NCBI GenBank assembly: GCA_012295275.1
Contig: CM022674.1
Location: 12,834,001 to 12,898,000 of the forward strand
Source of the DNA: Chrysomallon squamiferum
Taxonomy: Eukaryota > Animalia > Mollusca
Direction: 5' to 3'
DNA length: 64,000 nt
Shown: positions 58,104 through 64,000 of the stretch, piece after piece
Position numbering within the stretch: the first letter of the stretch is position 1
Layout of the letters: each line of letters opens with the position of its first letter
The notes under the pieces: model-generated
The model's database searches: none
What the model was told of the DNA's origin: nothing
What the model saw: the letters and a program-made list of their open reading frames with translations, nothing else
Program-made: the position numbers and the translations under genes

Positions 58104-59891
58104 GTTAGCATTAGTATATACAGGAGTGTATGCTTATTTGTGTGTGTGTGTTCTATTTATATAAATGTCTATATATATATGTTAAGAAGTCAGTTGTTGT
58201 GAGAAACAAAATCTATAAAAATCTATAATTTGTTTGTAACAAAAGTTGTATGCGCGCATTATTAAGAAGAAAAAAAACAACAACAGCAAAACAACATATA
58301 TATATATTTCATCTATTTCTGTATGAATCACTTTCCAGTTTTCCTATAAATCGAGGTTGCCTCCCTTTTCTGCGCCCTTTGATCCAGCTACAAACACGTC
58401 ATGTTACAAACCGATTTTTTATTTTTTTTTTTTTTTTTTTTTTTTACCTCGTCTTTATTTAAACGGAAATTGACGATTGTCTATTCATTTCTGCACAATA
58501 CGCTCTCTTTTTGTCTGCACCTTCAATCTCTGATCCCAGTTCCCATCTCAATAAAACGTTTTTTTGTGACGAGTCACGCGCCGAAGCCTGGGTTCGAATT
58601 TCACGACATACGTACGTGATAAAAGAATATCAGAACACCGAGTTTTTTCTTCTTTTTTTTCCGTCTTCTTTATTTCATTCTATTTTTTTTGGAAGGAGGA
58701 CGACAGTTGAATTGCTTAATCTTTTTTTTCTTGATGTTTCTTTTTTTTTTCTTTTTTTTTTTCTTGTATGACAGTTGTATTGTAAAACGTCAGTGATATC
58801 TTATGTTTTAGATAGATAGATAGATAGATAGATAGGTAGACAGTTAGATGGATATATAGATAGATATATGGATAGATAGATAGATAGATAGACAGATAGA
58901 TAGATGGATAAATATATCGATGGATAGACAGATAGATGAATAGATAGATGGACAGATAGACAGATATATGGATATATGGATAGATGGAGAGATGGATAGA
59001 TAGACAGACACACGCAGAGGGAGGGAGAAGAGAGTGGGGAGGAAATGAGATAGAGAGTGAGTGAGAGAGAGAGAGAGAGAGAGAATGGAAGAATAGTTCT
59101 GAGTAAATCAGTCTACGATATTAGGTGTGTTAGTTATTGTCATACTTTATTATGAGCAAAGTGGACATATGGAAATAAATCAAATGTATCTAGTATATGT
59201 ATGTATATATGTATGTACGTATGTATGTATGTATGTGTGTGTGCGTGTGTGTGTACGTATGTATGTGTGTATGTACGTATGTATGTATGTATGTATGTGT
59301 ATGCTGTATGTACGTATGTATGTATGTATGTGTGTGTGTATGTATGTATGTGTGTATGTATGTATGTATGTATGTATTTTATGTATATAGTATAATTAAA
59401 TAGGAGTGTACAACTAATAACTAGTAAACAAAACTTATTTTATTTTTGAATGTCTCGTACATACCGAAACATTAAACAAATACAGACCCGATTTTACTCC
59501 TGGGTAAATAAATAAAAATTCCTTTCTTAAACAGAAATAGAAATGATAATACTTCTTTGCTTAATACGGACAGACACACAGCCTAACGGATAAAGGAATT
59601 CATACTATTTTTGGCGTGATTTAGACAAGATATCCTAAGTCGAAAATACGTGCTTAAATAAAGAAATGTCGTCAACAGCAGTACTTTTAAAAAGATGCAC
59701 GAACGTGTTGTAGAAATTATTTACTATACCGGTGTCACGTTTAAAGTGAACCATTAGATTTATTTCTCCGGGTTTTGAAATGTTTGTAAAAATATTCCTA
59801 ACATAGTTGCTAATGTTTTAAAAAAAACAAACAGAATAATAACACACACACACAAAAAAAACGTATATTAATTTTGCAGATAGCACAATAG

Positions 59892-59937
<46 letters not shown>

Positions 59938-60393
59938 TGACAGACAGACAGACAGATAGATAGATGTAATAATTAAAATTACATTTATTATTTATTAATT
60001 ATTATTATCTATTTTTAGTTATTTATTTGTATTTAATATTATTTATATCATCATCATTGTTGCTACTGTTATTGTTTATGCTACTGTAATTATTCTGTAC
60101 TTTGTGAAGTAATAATGATGAATTTAAAATAAAAATCATTTCGTCTTTAGCATACTGAAATTGTCCTTCACCGATTTATTCAAATTTTTATTGACTAAAC
60201 GTGAAACTGATACTCTGTTATATATATATATATTATAATACTTCAGGTAGAATAATGACAGTTTATTCATTTTGTATTATTCATATTATTCCACGCATAA
60301 TGTATCAAATAGCGTGAGATATATACGTGCTCTGAATGTGCGTGTATGTGTATGTGTATGTGTGTGTGTATGTGTGTGATAATGACTACGCAA

Positions 60394-60430
<37 letters not shown>

Positions 60431-61924
60431 TCTCGTGTGTTCTTCTGTGACATCAAATATTTACAAACTCACTGTAGCGTTTAATCTGGACCATCTTCAT
60501 TTTTGTGCCCGGTAACAGATATCTTCTGATACCTTTCATAAAAACGATACGAAGTATCCCCATCCAGGTATTTTGCAATAATAGAGCAAGCGAAGAACAA
60601 ACTCACAGGTGAAAAAAAAAAAAAAAAAAAAAAAAAATAGCGCAGGACTTAATTTGTCGCGTTTTGTGAACAAAACCTCAAAGGTTGGCAAGAAGAAAAA
60701 GTTTTAACAAGCGAACGCTGGACGATATTTAAAACAGGTGTTCATTTCGTTCTTCTTTTTTTTCGTCTTCTTCTTCTTTTCTTCTTCTTCATTTTAGCAA
60801 ATGAACGTTGGATCATGTTTATATCAATTGTTTTTTTTTTTTTTTTTTTTATTGTTATTTTCTTTTCTTATTTTATCTTCTACTTTATTTTATTTTATTA
60901 TATTATTATTAATTTTTTTTTTAAAGGTAAATTGACGTATACGTTTACATGAAACAGACACTGTGCTGGTTTGAAATTAAATAAGCAGTTTAGATGAACT
61001 TGAGACGGCGAGTATGAAGTTCATGGGTAAAAGATAACTTGTGGGCTTTATTGTATTCAAATTATTTTATAATACTCGTTTTTTTTTTTTTTTTAAAGTA
61101 GTTGAAGAAGAAGAAGAAGAAGAAGAAAAAAAAAAATTAAGTTTCGTCCTTCAGAACAGTCCAGTACTTATGCGACTACGGCCACGTCTGCGTTGATGCG
61201 AAACATTACCTGGACGTGAAATCTGTCAGACACAGTGAGGTGAAGACTGCATTGTTCTACCTGTACAGGTAAGTTCGAAATAGTTCTACGTTGATCACAC
61301 CTGTTTTCGTTTTTATCTTTTTTTTCAAGATTATGACGACATTTTTGTTTCATAATTTTCACCACGGTGTTTGTATGTACACAAAATAAAAGATTATACT
61401 GACATTTTTACGTTTGTCGTAATTGTTACGGTTTACACGGTTAAACGTAAACTAACATACGCATTACTTAAATGTTTAACCTCAAGGGACAGATCAAGTT
61501 TTGTTAGGGGAGGGGGGTGCATAAGGAAAAGAGAATATGATGATAAACAGGCAGGGAAGGAAAATGTAAAATAATAATAATGAATATAATGGTATTGATG
61601 GTGGTGGATAGTAGTTGTTGTAGTAGTAGTAGTAGTTGTCGCAGTAGTTATACTACTAAAGTGGTAACAGTAGTGATAGTTCTAGTAGAATTAGATGCAG
61701 TGGCTGTGATACTACGGCTGTATTATTAGTAATAGTAGTAGCAGATGGTGCTGGTAGTAGTAGTAGTAGTAGTTGTCGTTGTAAAGCCAATGAAATGCTA
61801 CAAAATAACAATGAAAAAATAACTATGTAATGTTACGCCTTGATAATCATTTTAATTTTATTTTCTAGTCAAGAAATCATGAAGTCACGATGGACTTAGA
61901 AAAACCACAAAATGTGAAATAAGA

Positions 61925-62345
61925 CTGGTAACCAGCAGCAACTGGCGGGAAGTTTGCAACCAAGAAACAATGAAACAGTGTAACAAAAAAAGTAACCAGC
62001 GGAAAATGAAACAAAGTAACCAACTAACCATGAAACAGTGTCTGTAACCAGGAAAAATGAAACAGTAGGAAACAACCAGCAAAATGAAAGAAACCCCAAG
62101 AAACCAGCAAAAGGAAAGAAACCCCAAGAAACCAGAAATGCAAGAAACTGAAGCAAAAAAAGAAATCAAGAAACTGAAGCAAAATGAAAACAGCAAAATG
62201 AAAGAAATCCCAAGAAACAAGAAACTGAAGCAAGATCAAGAAACCAGCAAAAGGAAAGAAATCCCAAGAAACAAGAAACTGAAGCAAGATCAAGAAACAA
62301 GCAAAATGAAACAAAATCAAGACCGAAATAAAATTCACACCTGAT
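61925..62345. repeat. Purine-rich composite minisatellite (~27/54-bp units)
   Basis: CAAGAAACTGAAGC at 62167, 62218 and 62272; CAGCAAAA(T/G)GAAAGAAA(C/T)CCCAAGAAAC repeated. Explains the repetitive ORFs at 61885-62348. Confidence 0.85.
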
Positions 62346-62388
62346 CAAGAATCAAGAAGTACTGCGAAAAAGAGAGGTAAAGATTACT

Positions 62389-62620
62389 TATATATATGTA
62401 TATGTATGTATGTACGTACGTATGTGTATGTATGTATGTGTGTGTGTGTGTATGTATGTATGTGTGTATGTATGTATGTATGTATGTATGTATGTATGTA
62501 TGTATGTATGTGTGTGTGTATGTATGTATGTATGTATGTATGTATGTATGTATGTATGTATGTGTGTGTGTATGTATGTATGCATATAGTATGTATATAT
62601 ATCTATATCTATATCTAAAT
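62389..62620. repeat. (TATG)n/(TG)n microsatellite
   Basis: Direct inspection. Similar blocks lie at 42846-43160 and 59190-59390. Confidence 0.97.
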
Positions 62621-64000
62621 ATATATATTTATTTTTATTTATTTAGTTATTTATCTGCTATACTTACATTACAAAGACTCCTGATATAAAACTCGTTTTG
62701 ATTAACGATTAGGATTCCTTAAGCAATTCCTTACAAACGTCAGTTACTTTTGTTAGCATGCAGTACTCGAGTTTATTCTGTTTGTTTTGGGCTGTGTTTC
62801 ACTCGGCGAATTAATTAGAGATAGATTTAGCTCGGGGTACTACACAAAAAAAAAAATATTTGTCATTTTGTTTTGTCAAGTAGTCGTTAATAGTAGTCAA
62901 TCCTTGTACCCGACGGTTCTAGAACAATTAAATGAGCTGATAATTTATTTGCAGATATTTGTATAAATATACAGTCATACAAAATACATACATACATAGA
63001 CACACACACACACACACACAGAGATGAAAACTGATATATGCATACTTAATAGTTGAACGCGAATACTAATTTAGATCATATATGTGTAAATATATATGTC
63101 ATCTTTTGAGTTTAGCAAGACATTAATGTATTTAATTCTTTTTTACGTCACATATTCTATTTTTGTTACCTTTTATTTATTCAGTTTTTTTTTTTTTATT
63201 TGCGAACACTTAATATAATCTTACAAAAGGAACAAAGCTCACGGTCGTAGAATATCAAGTATATAGCAGTCTACTTTTACAAGAGGCTTAAGTTAATTAC
63301 CTATAGAGAGAAATGTCTATATCGTTTTTATTGCTGTATAAGTTTACAGCGGTGCAATGCGCAGTTTTCAGTCTATAAAAACTCTCGTGCTAGGGCGACG
63401 CGTATATTTCATTACTTGCTTAGTTGTGACCTCTGGCCTTTTGCACGTGAGTTTCTCCCGTGACCAACCAGATCGTAGTTCGATATAACGAATGTAACGA
63501 ATATCGAAACGCTTAGAAAATGTCGATAGATATTGGAACGACTAGAAAGCGAAATAGTTAGATTTTCTGAGTTAGTGTGAATTTTATTAGACCCACTGTG
63601 AGTGAACGTTCACAATTTACGCACACGCACACGCACACAGAATGATACACACAACAGATAAACAAATACAAACATATTTTAGCAAATTTATTACAAATTT
63701 ATTTTCAGTATGTTATAGAATTTAAACCCGAAATCACAGAGACAAAACATTGTCGTATATTCCGTTCCATTTAATTTTATTTAACAGACAGAAAATTATT
63801 TTAAAAAAATAATAAAATAATAATAATAATAATAATAATAAAAATATCAATAAAATAATTGTATATAATATTCTCCATTTTCCGTTCATAATCGTTAAAC
63901 CAATACAGTGAAAATTATTCTGTGAAACATGATCTAAATTAGGATTCGCGTTCAGCTATTCCAACACGAAATGCTTGTGTCGCCATTTTGAATAAATTAT

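Noticed and set aside
62084-62344. Repetitive Lys/Glu/Gln-rich ORF
   Set aside because: Product of a T-poor minisatellite that cannot easily form stops; no splice or codon support.

Overview
This is AT-rich, extremely microsatellite-dense animal genomic DNA. It looks invertebrate, possibly molluscan, but the taxon cannot be established from the sequence alone. There is no prokaryotic gene organisation, rRNA, tRNA, CRISPR array or recognisable transposon ORF. The only well-supported coding sequence is one large minus-strand exon (~11662-13179) for a PRRT3/PRRT4-like multi-pass membrane protein: TM1-TM5, a long cytoplasmic loop, TM6 and the start of TM7. It ends at a canonical AG|GTGAGT donor and is split by a single-base frame break near 12531-12533. 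Nearly all other ORFs in the track are translations of simple repeats or antisense shadows. The rest is intronic or intergenic: SSR blocks alternate with short CpG-containing islands that carry clustered E-box, CRE, X-box, NRF1 and GC-box motifs. There are also about a dozen locally born, decayed minisatellites, a few candidate small exons and one strong recursive-splice-site-like motif. I found no clearly new biological system; the best leads are listed with tests.
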